The notes: generated by a model not told the origin, from the letters alone. A DNA stretch of 64,000 bases from an uncultured Gemmatimonadales bacterium (GCA_963783385.1 CAWANJ010000002.1:64001-128000); one strand, 5' to 3'; positions 10,464-20,765 are shown, counted from the first letter of the stretch. Translations and numbers: made by a program.

Positions 10464-11894
10464 CTACTTCTTCAGGTCGAGGTGATAGAGCCGGATGGCG
10501 TTGTCACGGAGGACCATGCGGGCCAGCTGCTCGGCGCGCGCGCGGTCGATCTCCCCCTCCCGCATCAGCCGCGTGAGCGCCAGCCCCAGGGCGCGGCGGG
10601 CGGTGTGCGAGGCCACCCAGGCGCCCTCCTCCCAGCCCTGGTCGGGGCCGCCCTGGAAGGAGTCGGTGCCGAACAGGACCTTGTCGGGGAAGCGCATCAG
10701 CCAGTGCTCGAGGACGCCGGCCAGCTCGTCCGGGGCCAGCATCTGGTCCATCATCGAGAAGTCCGCGTACACGTTGGGCTTGCTGATCATGGCCTCCGTC
10801 TCGCCCCACGCGGGCCAGCCGCCGTGGAGCATGACGAAGTTCGTGTTCCGGAGGGTGGAGTCGTCGAACACCGGCTCCAGTCGCTCGGGCCGCGCCCCGG
10901 CCGCGTCGTAGTAGCCCCCGAACGTCTCGAGCACGTGCAGGTGCACGGCGAGCCCGAGCCGCCCCGCCTCGTGGGCGATGACCCGGAACAGGTAGTCCTC
11001 CAGCGTCTTGTACTCGGCGTGCGTGGGCGCCCCTCCGCCCACGTACTTCGCGTACACGCGGTGGGCCGCCGCCGGGTCCGGGGCCGCGAAGTCCAGGCTC
11101 CGCAGGTAGGCCGCCTCGAACTTGACCGCCACCGCCCCGGCCTTCTCCTGTCGCTCGAGCGTCGGCACGATGACGCGGACGATGTACTCGTCCAGGGAGC
11201 GGGGCGGGGCGCGGAAGCCCAGATCGTCCAGGTAGCGCCGCAGGAGGGCCGCCTCCCTGGGGTACAGGGAGCGCGTGTCCGGCGTGCGCGCCGCCTCTCG
11301 CCGCGTGTCGAGCGGGAAGAGGAGCGCGTCGTCGAACGGGACCCAGCGGAACCGGATCGCATCGAGCCCCGGACCCATGGCCACCCGGTTGGCGAACATC
11401 ACCTGGATCCCGGCCTGGTCCAGGGCCCAGTCCGGGAAGCCGTTCCCCAGCGCCCGGAGCGCGCTGTCCCGGGCCGCCTCCAGCGCCTTCCTCCCGGCGG
11501 CATCCGTATCGGCGGCCGCGGGTCCGTACAGGGCCGCGGCCGCCCGGGACCACACCGGCGACGCCAGGGTCAGGCGCCACGGGAGGGGGAAGGGCGGGAT
11601 TCCGTCCAAAGGAAGGGCGTCGAACTCGGTGTCGGGCGGGGCGCCGGGCGGGATGGGCCGCATCGGGTGCGCGTGGTTGTCGACCGCGCGGATCCCGGCG
11701 ATGGTGCGGGCCAGGCCCGAGTCCACGGCCATGGCGCCGCGCCCCGGGCCGCCGCGCGACGCTCCGGCACGTGGGCTCGACTGCGCCGCGACCGGGCCGG
11801 CCGAGAGCAGGAGAGCCAGGGCGAGGACGGACGGGGCGGCGACCGGGGCGCGAGGCAGCGCGAACGGACCGGTCCAGGACGGGCTTCGACGCAT
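10464..11894 (-). CDS. Secreted amidohydrolase family protein
   Basis: Signal peptide; VDNHAHP (HxH), AVKFEAAYLRSL, VHLH, LHGGWP, VLFGTDS. Confidence 0.85.
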   Translation of the reverse strand: MRRSPSWTGPFALPRAPVAAPSVLALALLLSAGPVAAQSSPRAGASRGGPGRGAMAVDSGLARTIAGIRAVDNHAHPMRPIPPGAPPDTEFDALPLDGIPPFPLPWRLTLASPVWSRAAAALYGPAAADTDAAGRKALEAARDSALRALGNGFPDWALDQAGIQVMFANRVAMGPGLDAIRFRWVPFDDALLFPLDTRREAARTPDTRSLYPREAALLRRYLDDLGFRAPPRSLDEYIVRVIVPTLERQEKAGAVAVKFEAAYLRSLDFAAPDPAAAHRVYAKYVGGGAPTHAEYKTLEDYLFRVIAHEAGRLGLAVHLHVLETFGGYYDAAGARPERLEPVFDDSTLRNTNFVMLHGGWPAWGETEAMISKPNVYADFSMMDQMLAPDELAGVLEHWLMRFPDKVLFGTDSFQGGPDQGWEEGAWVASHTARRALGLALTRLMREGEIDRARAEQLARMVLRDNAIRLYHLDLKK

Positions 11895-11904
11895 GGGGGC
11901 TTCC

Positions 11905-12735
11905 TCAGCTCATCAGGGTGTCGAGGTGGGCGGCGAGGCTGTCGGGCCCCATCCAGCTGGACTGACAGCCCATGCAGTAGCCCGCCACCTTCCCCTCCGG
12001 GTCGACCAGGACCATCTCCGGCACGCCGGTGACACGATAGCGCACGTCCACGCCGCCCTCGGCCATCACGATCGGGTAGGCGCGGCCGCCGTGCGCCCGC
12101 AGCCAGTCCGCGGCCCGATCGGGCGAGTCCTGGAAGAGGATCCCGAGGATCGAGAACTTCGTGCCCCGCGTGCGCCGCGCGAGGCGGAGGAGGGAGGGGT
12201 ACTCCTCCTGGCAGGGCTCGCACCACGTCCCGAAGATCGAGACCAGGACCCAGCGGCCCCGGTAGTCGCGGAGCTGCACGCTGTCCGAGGTGAGCACCCG
12301 CCCGTCCGGCGCGAGCCGCGGCAGAGTGAAGTCCGGGGCCCGCGTGCCCGAGTCGGGGAAGGCCTTCTCGCGGTGGGGCTCCTCGATCGGACCGTGAGCG
12401 CACAGATAGGTCACCACGCCCCGCTCCAGGGCGCTGTCGGCGCGCTGCTCGAACAGCGCCGCCAGGTGGCCGGCGCGGGCGAAGTCGTGCTCCCCTTCGG
12501 CCCGGTGGATGACCTGGAGCGCGAAGCCCCGGACCAGGGCCTTCTGGGCGGGCGTCGACGCCCGGGACCGAACGGCGTCACTCCCGCACGCGTATTCCAG
12601 CGAAACGCTGCCGTCGGGACTCTCGAGGCGGACCTTTCGGGCGCAGCCGGCCAGCAGGAGGGAGGCGACCAGGACCCCGGCGGCGAGCGCCGCCGGGATC
12701 GATCGCGGGTGGGCGGAGGGGAGCGCTCCGGTCAC
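11905..12735 (-). CDS. TlpA/ResA-like thiol-disulfide oxidoreductase lipoprotein
   Basis: Lipobox LLAGC; APDFTL, TWCEPCQEE, GVPEMVLVDPEGKV. Confidence 0.88.
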   Translation of the reverse strand: MTGALPSAHPRSIPAALAAGVLVASLLLAGCARKVRLESPDGSVSLEYACGSDAVRSRASTPAQKALVRGFALQVIHRAEGEHDFARAGHLAALFEQRADSALERGVVTYLCAHGPIEEPHREKAFPDSGTRAPDFTLPRLAPDGRVLTSDSVQLRDYRGRWVLVSIFGTWCEPCQEEYPSLLRLARRTRGTKFSILGILFQDSPDRAADWLRAHGGRAYPIVMAEGGVDVRYRVTGVPEMVLVDPEGKVAGYCMGCQSSWMGPDSLAAHLDTLMS

Positions 12736-12938
12736 GGACCCCGCGAGCCCGCCCCGGCCTTGCGGAGGATGCGTCGTCCGATGACGACGCCGGCGAGGCC
12801 GACCACCATGGCGGCGAGCGACATGAGGTCCATACCGCCGCCCCGCGTGAGGGCCATCACGAAGGAGACAAGCCCCACCAGGAAGACGATGATGCCGAGC
12901 ACGATCGTGAACTTCGGGAGCGTCGAGGAGCTTGCCAT
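12732..12938 (-). CDS. Small two-TM membrane protein (68 aa)
   Basis: GGAGG RBS before the ATG at 12938; two hydrophobic helices; stop overlaps the TlpA start. Confidence 0.7.
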   Translation of the reverse strand: MASSSTLPKFTIVLGIIVFLVGLVSFVMALTRGGGMDLMSLAAMVVGLAGVVIGRRILRKAGAGSRGP

Positions 12939-13008
12939 GGTCACTGCCTCCAGCGCGGGTGGAGTGCCGTGCGCGGCCGGCCGCAATCGAGGCCGCCGCG
13001 CGGGTTCA

Positions 13009-13243
13009 TTAGACGCGTACCGAGAGTCCGAACAGAGCCCCCGATCCCAGGACGAAGCCCAGGTCGTACCAGCGTCCCCGGTTCCGGGTCTCGTAAATGC
13101 CGACGGCCGGCCACACGAGGCTGACCAGGAACGCCAGTCCCATGAGGACGCCATGCCAAAGTCCGGCCCAGAATCCAGCCGGGTCCACCAGCGGGTTCTT
13201 CCATCGGGAGCCCGGATCCGGCGAGACCTATCGGGTTCGCCAC
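13009..13243 (-). CDS. Small conserved-type membrane protein (AGFWxGLWHG family), one frameshift near 13217; absent from ORF track
   Basis: GAGGAGG RBS then GTG; reads MANPIGLAG/PGSRWKNPLVDPAGFWAGLWHGVLMGLAFLVSLVWPAVGIYETRNRGRWYDLGFVLGSGALFGLSVRV-stop. Confidence 0.7.
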
Positions 13244-13340
13244 GATTACACCTCCTCGGCGCGAGGACGACTCCCCTGAAGGTCGGGAATTCCCCGCGTC
13301 CAGCCAAGGGGCACCATCGGGCGCGTAGCCAGGGAGCCAA

Positions 13341-14606
13341 TCAGCGCTCCAGTCGGAAGCGCTCGACGCGCTCGACCCCATCGCGTCCCCTGGCGACTCC
13401 GAGCAGGTAGGCTTCGCCGATCTCCTCCACGTGCAGGCCGGCCGGCGTCTGGATCGACCCGAGCGGTCGGCCGCCCTCGAACACTACCCAGCGCCGGGGG
13501 CCGCTCGCCGTGTCCGGGAGGAGCCGCCGGGCCCACACGTCGCCCAGGCGATCGACGAGGACGCGGTCGAACAGGGGCTGCCGGCGCGGCCGGGACATCG
13601 CGGCGTAGACCCGTCGGAGCCGGGCCGCCTCACGCGCGTCCCCATCTCCGTCCGTCAGCTGTCGGACGGCGTTCGTGAACGCAGAGCGTGGAAGGTCCGG
13701 CAGGCCGCCCAGCACCCGGACGATCCGCAGGAGCCGCCCGTCGACCCTGTAGGTCCGAATCTCGGGAACGTGCGTGAGGACCACGTACACCAGGTCGCCC
13801 GCGACGACCGCCGCCGGTTGCGCCGTGAAAGGCACGGGCGTGAACCCGAATCTGCGGCCCTCCTTCCAAAGATACAGGGAGGCGCCCGGCGCGACGGCTA
13901 CGGTATCCAGGATGCCGGCTCGGGGATCGGCCGTCGCGAATACGACCGAATTCGCGATCTCGCCTTCCTGCGAGTCGGGCCCCGCGCTCGCCGTGCTGCT
14001 CTCCGTGACGATGCGTCCGCCCGAGACGCGCCCCACGGGGCTTCCGATGAACGCGGTGAGGGGGATCGTTCGGACGAACCGACCCTGGCCGTTGAGCACG
14101 CTGAAGCGCCGGGCCTCGGGGTCGAACACTACGATCGTGTCCGCGGACGTGACCGCGAGGAGGGCGGGGAAGCGGAACTCGCCCGGCCCGTCCCCCTCTC
14201 CGCCCACCGAACGCACGAGGCGGCCCGTGCCATCGTAGAAGCGGAGCTCGTGCGTGCCGCCGTTGACCACCAGGATACGGCCGTCGTCGAGCTGCGCCAC
14301 GCCCGTGACGGCGAACAGCAGGTCGGCGGAGTCGCCCTGCGCGGCGCCAATGACCAGGTTCGGCTGAGCGGAGACCTGCCAGCCGGACGGACGCTCGATG
14401 AGCGACCGGGGTGTCGCGACGATGCGGACGCCGTCGCTGTCCCGCTCGGTGACCGTCCCGGGGTGACGCTCGCCCCCGCAGGCCGCCGCGGCCAGCGCCA
14501 GGCCGAAGGCCACCGCGACCGCGACCACGGACGCTCGTGCCGCCGCGGCGACGGGCCGCGACCCGCCCGGGGCGCCCGTGGAGGCGCGCCGGCGCCCGCG
14601 ACTCAC
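13341..14606 (-). CDS. 6-bladed beta-propeller lipoprotein
   Basis: Lipobox AAAC; VTERDSDGVRIV, GGEGDGPGEFRFP, LVDRLGDVW, GRDGVERVERFRL; GTG overlaps the upstream TGA. Confidence 0.85.
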   Translation of the reverse strand: MSRGRRRASTGAPGGSRPVAAAARASVVAVAVAFGLALAAAACGGERHPGTVTERDSDGVRIVATPRSLIERPSGWQVSAQPNLVIGAAQGDSADLLFAVTGVAQLDDGRILVVNGGTHELRFYDGTGRLVRSVGGEGDGPGEFRFPALLAVTSADTIVVFDPEARRFSVLNGQGRFVRTIPLTAFIGSPVGRVSGGRIVTESSTASAGPDSQEGEIANSVVFATADPRAGILDTVAVAPGASLYLWKEGRRFGFTPVPFTAQPAAVVAGDLVYVVLTHVPEIRTYRVDGRLLRIVRVLGGLPDLPRSAFTNAVRQLTDGDGDAREAARLRRVYAAMSRPRRQPLFDRVLVDRLGDVWARRLLPDTASGPRRWVVFEGGRPLGSIQTPAGLHVEEIGEAYLLGVARGRDGVERVERFRLER

Positions 14607-14920
14607 GCCTCGGGCAGCGAGTCCCGGTCCTTCCAGCTCCACCACTTCAGGAGCTCGGGATCGTGCTCCTCGTGCGAGGCGAAGTAGACGGCGCAGCGGA
14701 AGGCGTACAGGACGCAGCGGTCCACGCGACACCCGCACCGCTGGCAGTGGCGCTGGTAGAGCTCCTCCGGATCGGCCGTGCCGAGCTCGTCGAGGCCGCG
14801 GATGCCGAGCGCCACCAGGTCCCGGCCGAGGCTGGGACCAATGCCGGGAGCCGCCTGCAACTCCTCCAGGGCACGCTGGCGGTCGTCGAGCACCGTCTCC
14901 CCATTCGCTCGTCCGAGCAT
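14603..14920 (-). CDS. Helix-hairpin-helix Cdd1-like protein
   Basis: LQAAPGIGPSL..DLVALGI..DPEELY..DRCVLYAFRCAVYFA..PELLKWWSWKD. Confidence 0.85.
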   Translation of the reverse strand: MLGRANGETVLDDRQRALEELQAAPGIGPSLGRDLVALGIRGLDELGTADPEELYQRHCQRCGCRVDRCVLYAFRCAVYFASHEEHDPELLKWWSWKDRDSLPEA

Positions 14921-14949
14921 GCGCGTGGTCCTTTCGTGCTCGCGCCCCG

Positions 14950-15459
14950 TCAGGAGCCGGGCTGGTTGAAGTTGAACATGTCGACCATCACCTTCCAGTG
15001 GCCGTCTCGCTTCACCCACACGACCAGGTACTTCCCCTCGGCCTTGCGGGTCCCGCCGCCCTCTGCCGGTAGCTCGAGCGTTCCGTGACCGATGTCGTAG
15101 GCCATGTCGCCGGATGCGGAGACCCGGATCACGTTCGGTCCGAACGTCACGGAGGGCAGGCCCAGCATGGCGGCCCAGCCCTGTCGGATCGCGTCGTGGC
15201 CGACGGCGGCCGCCTCACCGGGACCCATCAGGCGCCCGTCTTCGGCGTACATGTCCACGATTCCGGCCGTGTCGTGGTCGGCGACCATCTGCACCCATCG
15301 CTGGTCCAGGCTCCGGATCGAGTCGGCGGCGGCGGCCAGCCCCGCGCTGTCGGGCAGGGCCATCGCGCCAGCCCCCGCCGTGCCCTGCCGCGGAGGCTGG
15401 CAGCCTCCCAGGGCGAGAAGCAGCACGGGCAGGGCGAGCAGTCCCCCGGGTCGTCGCAT
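14950..15459 (-). CDS. NTF2/SnoaL-like (DUF4440) lipoprotein
   Basis: GGAGG RBS; lipobox LGGC; SGDMAYDIG, GKYLVVWVKRDGHWKV. Confidence 0.85.
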   Translation of the reverse strand: MRRPGGLLALPVLLLALGGCQPPRQGTAGAGAMALPDSAGLAAAADSIRSLDQRWVQMVADHDTAGIVDMYAEDGRLMGPGEAAAVGHDAIRQGWAAMLGLPSVTFGPNVIRVSASGDMAYDIGHGTLELPAEGGGTRKAEGKYLVVWVKRDGHWKVMVDMFNFNQPGS

Positions 15460-15574
15460 GTCGTCCTCCGGTTCGGTGTGACGGTCGATCGACATCGCGC
15501 GAGCCCGGTCCCGCGGCAGGACCGGGTGTCCCAATGTCGACTTACTCCCGCCGCCGCGCCATGCCCCCGGCTCT

Positions 15575-18500
15575 TCAGCCGCCCCCGCCCTGGCCGGCGC
15601 GGCGGGCCTTGTCGGGGAAGGGCGGGTGGGCGGGCGGCGTGACGTCTTCGGTCTTCAGGAGCTCCAGGACCTCGCGGACCGCGCGCTCGAGCTGCGGGTC
15701 GCGACCGGCCGCCCAGTCCTTCGCGTCGTAGTAGACGGGGATGTCGGGCGGCACGCCCTGGTTCTCGGCCACCCAGTGGTCGCCCGAGTAGACGGCGCTG
15801 CAGGGCGAGGTGATGTAGCCGCCGTCGACGAGCGGGTAGGGCACGCACGCCGCCACGAGGCCGCCCCAGGTGCGGGCGCCGATGAGCGGGCCGATGTGGT
15901 GCTGGCGGAACGCCCACGGGAAGTAGTCCCCGCCCGAGCCCGCTCGCTCGTTGATGAGGAGGACCTTGGGACCGAGCACGCCCGCCTCCGGCAGTCGGAA
16001 GTCCTTCCCGCCCGCGGCGTCGTTCGTGATGCCCCCGATGAGCTTCCTGCCCATCATGTCGACCATGTAGTCGTCCAGCAGGCCGCCGCCGTTGAAGCGC
16101 TCGTCGATGACCGCGCCGTCCCTGTCCTGCTGGGCGAAGAAGTACCGGTTGAAGGAGACGAAGCCCGGACCGCCCGTGTTCGGAACCCACACGTAGGCCA
16201 GGCGGCCGTGCGACAGCGAGTCGACGGTGCGGCGGTTGTCCTCCACCCAGGTGCGCTGCCGGAGCGCGACCTCGCTCCGCAGGGGCACCACGGTCACCGT
16301 CCAGGAGCCCTCGTCCGAGGGCCGGCTGTTGAGCCGCAGGACCGTCTGCCGGTCCGCCGTGCCGTCCAGCCACTCGTACGGATTGTCCCTCGCCGTGAGC
16401 TCGCGGCCGTTCACGGCCAGGAGGTAGTCGCCCTGCGAGGCCAGGACGCCCGGTGCGGAGAGCGGAGCCTCGAGGTCCGGGTTCCAGCTCTGTGACGTGA
16501 GGATGCGAGTGATCCGCCAGCGGCCGTGCTCGGCCTCGAGGTCGGCGCCGAGGAGACCCGTGCGGACCGTGTCCACGGCCGGGTAGTCGCCGCCGCCGGT
16601 GAAGCTGTGGCCCACGCTGAGCTCGCCTCCGACCTGGTCCAGGATGTAGCGCAGGTCCTCGCGGCTCCTCACCCAGGGCACGAGGGGGGCGTAACGAGCG
16701 TGCACGGCGGGCCAGTCGGCGCCGTGCAGGTTGGGGGCGTAGAAGAAATCGCGCTCGATGCGCCACGCCTCCTGGAAGACCTGTCGCCACTCGGCCGCGG
16801 GCTTCATGTACATGCGCGGCGCCACGTGGATGGCCCCCTCGCCCGGCTTGGGGGGCGCGGCCGTCCCCACAATGTGCCAGCCCTGGCCCTGCTGGAGGAG
16901 GATGTGACCCCCGTCCTCGGAGAGCGCCATGCGGCGCACGCCGGTGGCGAAGCTCTCCTCCTTGCGCTTCTCCATGTCGAAGCGATGGAGCGTGAGCCCG
17001 GGCGCGTCCGCCACCCGCTCGGCCAGGAAGACCGTGCCGGCTTTGCCGGCCGCCAGCGCCTGGTAGCGGCGCACGGGGACGGGAAGAGCGACGATGCGGC
17101 GGGCGATCCCGTCGGGGTCGATCCGCACCTGGACGGCGGAGTCGGCCTTCGCGCCGGCCTCGCCGCCCCTGGAACCGGCTCCGGTCTTCGCCCCACCCTT
17201 CGTGGCCGCGGCCCGCGCCGGACTTCTGCCGACCGTTCACGGCTTCCCCGCCCTCCTCGTCACTGCGCGGCGCGAAGGGGGTCGGGTCCCCCGAGCGGAG
17301 CACCGCCACGTACGCCCCGTACGTGGGCCGCGCCTGCTGGTTGCTCAGGTTGGCCCACCCGCTCGCCAGGCCGAGGTCCGTGCTCGCGAGGAAGTAGAGC
17401 CACCGGCCACCCTTGTCCCAGGCGGGCGAGGCCGCGTCGGCCATGGCGTCGGTGAGCGCGGTGGCCTTCCCCGTCTCCAGCGACCACACCACGATGCGGT
17501 GGAAGTGGTTCGGGTACTCCTTCGCGTAGGCGAGCCACTTCGAGTCGGGGGACCAGGTGAGGTCGAGGCCGCCCCGGTTCATGGATCGTGCCGTCCGTGT
17601 CGGCGGTGACGAGCTTGCCGGACGCGACGTCGAGCACGTGGATGCGGGCGCGCTGGTCCACCCAGGCCATGTGCGTTCCGTCGGGCGACCAGGTGGCCGA
17701 CCAGACGTACTTCGTCTCGTCTCCGAGCGAGATCTCGCGCGGCTTCTCGAGCCCCCTCTGGTCGCCGATCAGGAGGCGGTAGCCGTCCCCGGCGTCGGAG
17801 AACCACGCCACCCGCTCTCCGTCCGGGGACCACATGGGCGAGCGATCGGCGGCGCCGGGCGAGCGGGTGAGGTCGCGGACGTCGCCCTCTTCGGCCGGCA
17901 CGGTGAAGACTGTCGCCTCGCGCCTCGAACAGGGCCCGCTTGCCGGTCGGCGAGAGAGAGGCGGAGGCGATCTCCCGGCTCACGTCCTCCCAGTGAGGCA
18001 TGGCCCACGGGAAGTCGCCGCGCACGGTGATGTCCAGCCGGTGGGCCTTCCCGGTGGACGGGTCCAGGAGCCAGATCCAGCCGTCCTCCTCGAAGGCGAG
18101 GGCGTCCTTCGCCCCGCCGCCCAGCGTCTTCACGTCCGCGTCCGTGAAGTGGGTGACCTGGTCGAGCGCCTTCGTGGACGGGTCGTACGACCACACGTTG
18201 GTCGTGTAGTCGCGGTCGGAGAGGAACCAGATCCGGTCCCCGAGCCACACGGGCCACGTGTCGGTGGTGCGGTCGTTGGGGAGCTTCGTCTCGTCGAGGG
18301 TCTTCCGGTCCAGGATCGTGAGCGGCGTGTTCTGGCCGCCGCGGTAGTTCCGGAACTCCGTGTCCCAGCGGTCCACGCGGTCGACCACCAGCCGCGTGCC
18401 GTCGGGAGAGAAGGAGCCGCGGAAGGCCATGGCCTCGGGGACCTCGCGTGGCGGGCCGCCCGCGGCGCGGCACCAGCCACAGGTGCGCGTAGGGCACGGG

Positions 18501-18938
18501 CGCCGAGCCGCGGTCCGAGGCGTACAGCACCTCCCGGCCGTCCGGCGTCCACCCGCGGGCGTACGAGGGCGACGGGTGCCAGGTCAGCCGCCGGGGCTCC
18601 CCGCCCTCGGAGGAGACGACCCACACCTGCGGGCTCCCCGTGCGATTCGAGGTGAACGCCACCCACTTCCCGTCGGGCGAGAAGTGGGGGTCGGTCTCGA
18701 TCGCCGGGGTCGAGGTGAGGCGTCGCGCCTCGCCCCCGGTCCGGCCGACGACCCACAGGTCCCCGCCGTACTCGAACGCCACCTGCGTGGCGCTGACGGT
18801 GGGCTCGCGCAGGAGCCGCGTGCCGCCCGTGTCCGCCCCCGCCTGGGCGTCCAGGCGCGATGCGGGGGAGAGGAGGGCGGTCAGCGCGACGAAGCAGGCG
18901 GGGACGACGCGAGCGTGACGCACGGCGGACTCGAACAT
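15575..18938 (-). CDS. Tricorn-like protease (S41), secreted, several frameshifts (about 18460, 17910, 17585, 17200)
   Basis: TRLLREPTVS..FEYGGDLW, NYRGGQ, SPTGKRALFEARG, GELSVGH, PDZ region, IDERFNGGG, AGSGGD catalytic Ser, RTWGGLV, ENQGVPPD, DPQLERAV. Confidence 0.92.
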
Positions 18939-19089
18939 GGAGGCTCCTGGTTTGCGGTCGGCGGGGTGCCGGCGGCCTCCAAGATCGTGGGCACGGGCCG
19001 GCGGCGCGAGCGCTTCCCACGGACCGGCAGCCGGGCCCCGATCCGGGAGCTCGGTCCCGGTCCTGGTTCGGCCCCCCGTTCCCACGCCT

Positions 19090-19310
19090 CCGAAGGCGGG
19101 GGCCGCCGTGAGCCTGGTGGCGTCTACCTGTACGCGCGGGAGGCGTTCGGTCCGCGCGAGCTGGGCCGCATCCACCCTCGCCCTCCTCGGGAGCTCGAGC
19201 CGTGCGAGCCTCGTGGCGGGGGGCGTGGCGCTCCTGGCCGGGGCGGGGCTGTACCTGTTCCGGAGGACGCCCGCCGCGGACCCGGCGGTCTCGCCCCCCT
19301 CCCAGGCTCG
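19090..19310 (+). pseudogene. Internally deleted remnant of an APC amino-acid permease
   Basis: GGVYLYAREAFGP (19116-19154) is the APC loop motif; within 15 bp it is followed by a terminal-TM-like LALLGSSSRASLVAGGVALLAGAGLYLFRR in another frame. Confidence 0.6.
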
Positions 19311-19326
19311 CCTCGCACGCCCCGAT

Positions 19327-19480
19327 TCAGCTTCCGCCGATCGAGTCGATGCGCGCGTTCCGCGCCCGGGCCGAGTCCTGGATCTCCAGCGCCTTGCGCA
19401 CGCCGCTGGCGCCGGGAATCGGCGTCTCGCCCAGGACGCTGTCGCGCTGACGGGTGGTGAGGGTGTCGGTCGAGGTCTTC
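19327..19480 (-). pseudogene. Possible mature part of a small lipoprotein lacking its signal peptide
   Basis: DTLTTRQRDSVLGETPIPGASGVRKALEIQDSARARNARIDSI has host-like codon usage; no hydrophobic leader upstream. Confidence 0.4.
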
Positions 19481-19562
19481 CTCGACGCTCGGCCCGAGCC
19501 GTCCGGGAAGGGCGCCTCGCGACCCTCGGGTCTCGTCCGGCCGCAGCGCATCTCGAAAACGC

Positions 19563-19620
19563 ATGAGTTGTCTGACTACATCTGACTTATATACAATGAG
19601 TTGTCTACAGTCGTCTGACC
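19563..19620. promoter_or_regulatory. AT-rich operator-like element with repeats (GntR/FadR-type candidate)
   Basis: ATGAGTTGTCT at 19563 and 19595; three TCTGAC copies; TTGTCTGACTA fits TNGTCNGACNA; central TTATATACAA. Confidence 0.5.
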
Positions 19621-19736
19621 TCGAATCGACCCGGCGGGCGGGTCGTCCCGCGGGGAGGCGTGCCCGCGCCCGCGCGCCTCCCGGGGCGGGGCCGGAGGTG
19701 TGCCCCGTGCTCGCCACGGTGGGGGGACGGTCGGAG

Positions 19737-20279
19737 TCAGCCGCCCCCGGAGCCTCCTCCGGCCGGGGGCGGGGCGCTCATGCCCCCGACGATGCGCCAG
19801 CTGCCGTCCGTCCGTAGCCAGGTGTGCGTGAGTCGGCTGTCGCCGCTCGACTCCGTGCCGTCGGCGGCACGGTAGATCGTGTGGACGGTGTAGAAGGTGA
19901 CCGCCACGTCGTCCAGGACCGTCACGGACAGCGGGTGCAGCTCGTAGTCGAAGGTGCCGGCCCGGATGAACGCGAACTGCTTTTCGACCATGCCGCGCAG
20001 GGCCACGCGGTCCACGGGGGATGCCGTCGCGTGCGGCCAGTCCGCCAGGTGCGGATCCCACAGCGCCATGAACCCCTCCACGTCGGCGGCCTTCCACAGC
20101 TTCCAGTAGGTCGTCTCCCGGTCCCACACCTGCCGCTGCTCGGGCGAGAGCTGCTGGGCGTGGACCGGGCCCGGGGTCCAGGCGAGGAGCAGCGCCGGCG
20201 CGGCGACGGTGAGCGCCAGGGCCGCCGCCGTCGCCCGGCTCCGGATGGGCGATGGCGTCCCGGCTCGCCCGGCCGTCAT
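19737..20279 (-). CDS. Secreted NTF2-like (DUF4440) protein
   Basis: Signal ending VHAQ; DDVAVTFY, RLTHTWLRTDGSWRIVGGMS. Confidence 0.85.
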   Translation of the reverse strand: MTAGRAGTPSPIRSRATAAALALTVAAPALLLAWTPGPVHAQQLSPEQRQVWDRETTYWKLWKAADVEGFMALWDPHLADWPHATASPVDRVALRGMVEKQFAFIRAGTFDYELHPLSVTVLDDVAVTFYTVHTIYRAADGTESSGDSRLTHTWLRTDGSWRIVGGMSAPPPAGGGSGGG

Positions 20280-20328
20280 GGGCGGAGCCACATCATCGAT
20301 ACGGGCGGGTGCACCCCGTGGAGCGTGG

Positions 20329-20727
20329 TCACGGCGTCTCCTCCTCGGTCCAGGCTCGGGCTTCGATCTCCACGAGCATGCGGGGGTCGATGAGACGGCT
20401 CACCTCGACCATGGTCGTGGCCGGGCGTCCGTCGCCGAAGAACTCCGCGTGCGCGCGGCCCACCGCCTCCCAGTCCTCGATCCTCGTGACATACATGCGA
20501 GTGCGCACGACGTCGGCGGCGCTCCCGCCCAGGCGCTCGAGGGCGGCGACGATGTTGGTGAGAGCCTGGACGGCCTGACGGTACGCGTCTCCCTCGCCGA
20601 CCAGCTCGCCCGCGCGGTCCAGCGCCGTGGTGCCGGACACCTCGATGAGGGGCCCGACCCGGACGGCCCGCGAGTAGCCCACGCGGGCCTCCCACTCGGT
20701 GCCCGTCCTCACCCGCCGGCGGCTCAC
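20329..20727 (-). CDS. RidA/YjgF family protein
   Basis: WEARVGYSRAVRVG, VSGTTA, DVVRTRMYVT, RPATTMVEVSRLIDPRMLVEIEA. Confidence 0.92.
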   Translation of the reverse strand: MSRRRVRTGTEWEARVGYSRAVRVGPLIEVSGTTALDRAGELVGEGDAYRQAVQALTNIVAALERLGGSAADVVRTRMYVTRIEDWEAVGRAHAEFFGDGRPATTMVEVSRLIDPRMLVEIEARAWTEEETP

Positions 20728-20765
20728 GCGGGCCGGCTCGACGGGAGCGCGACTCCTGCCTCCGA

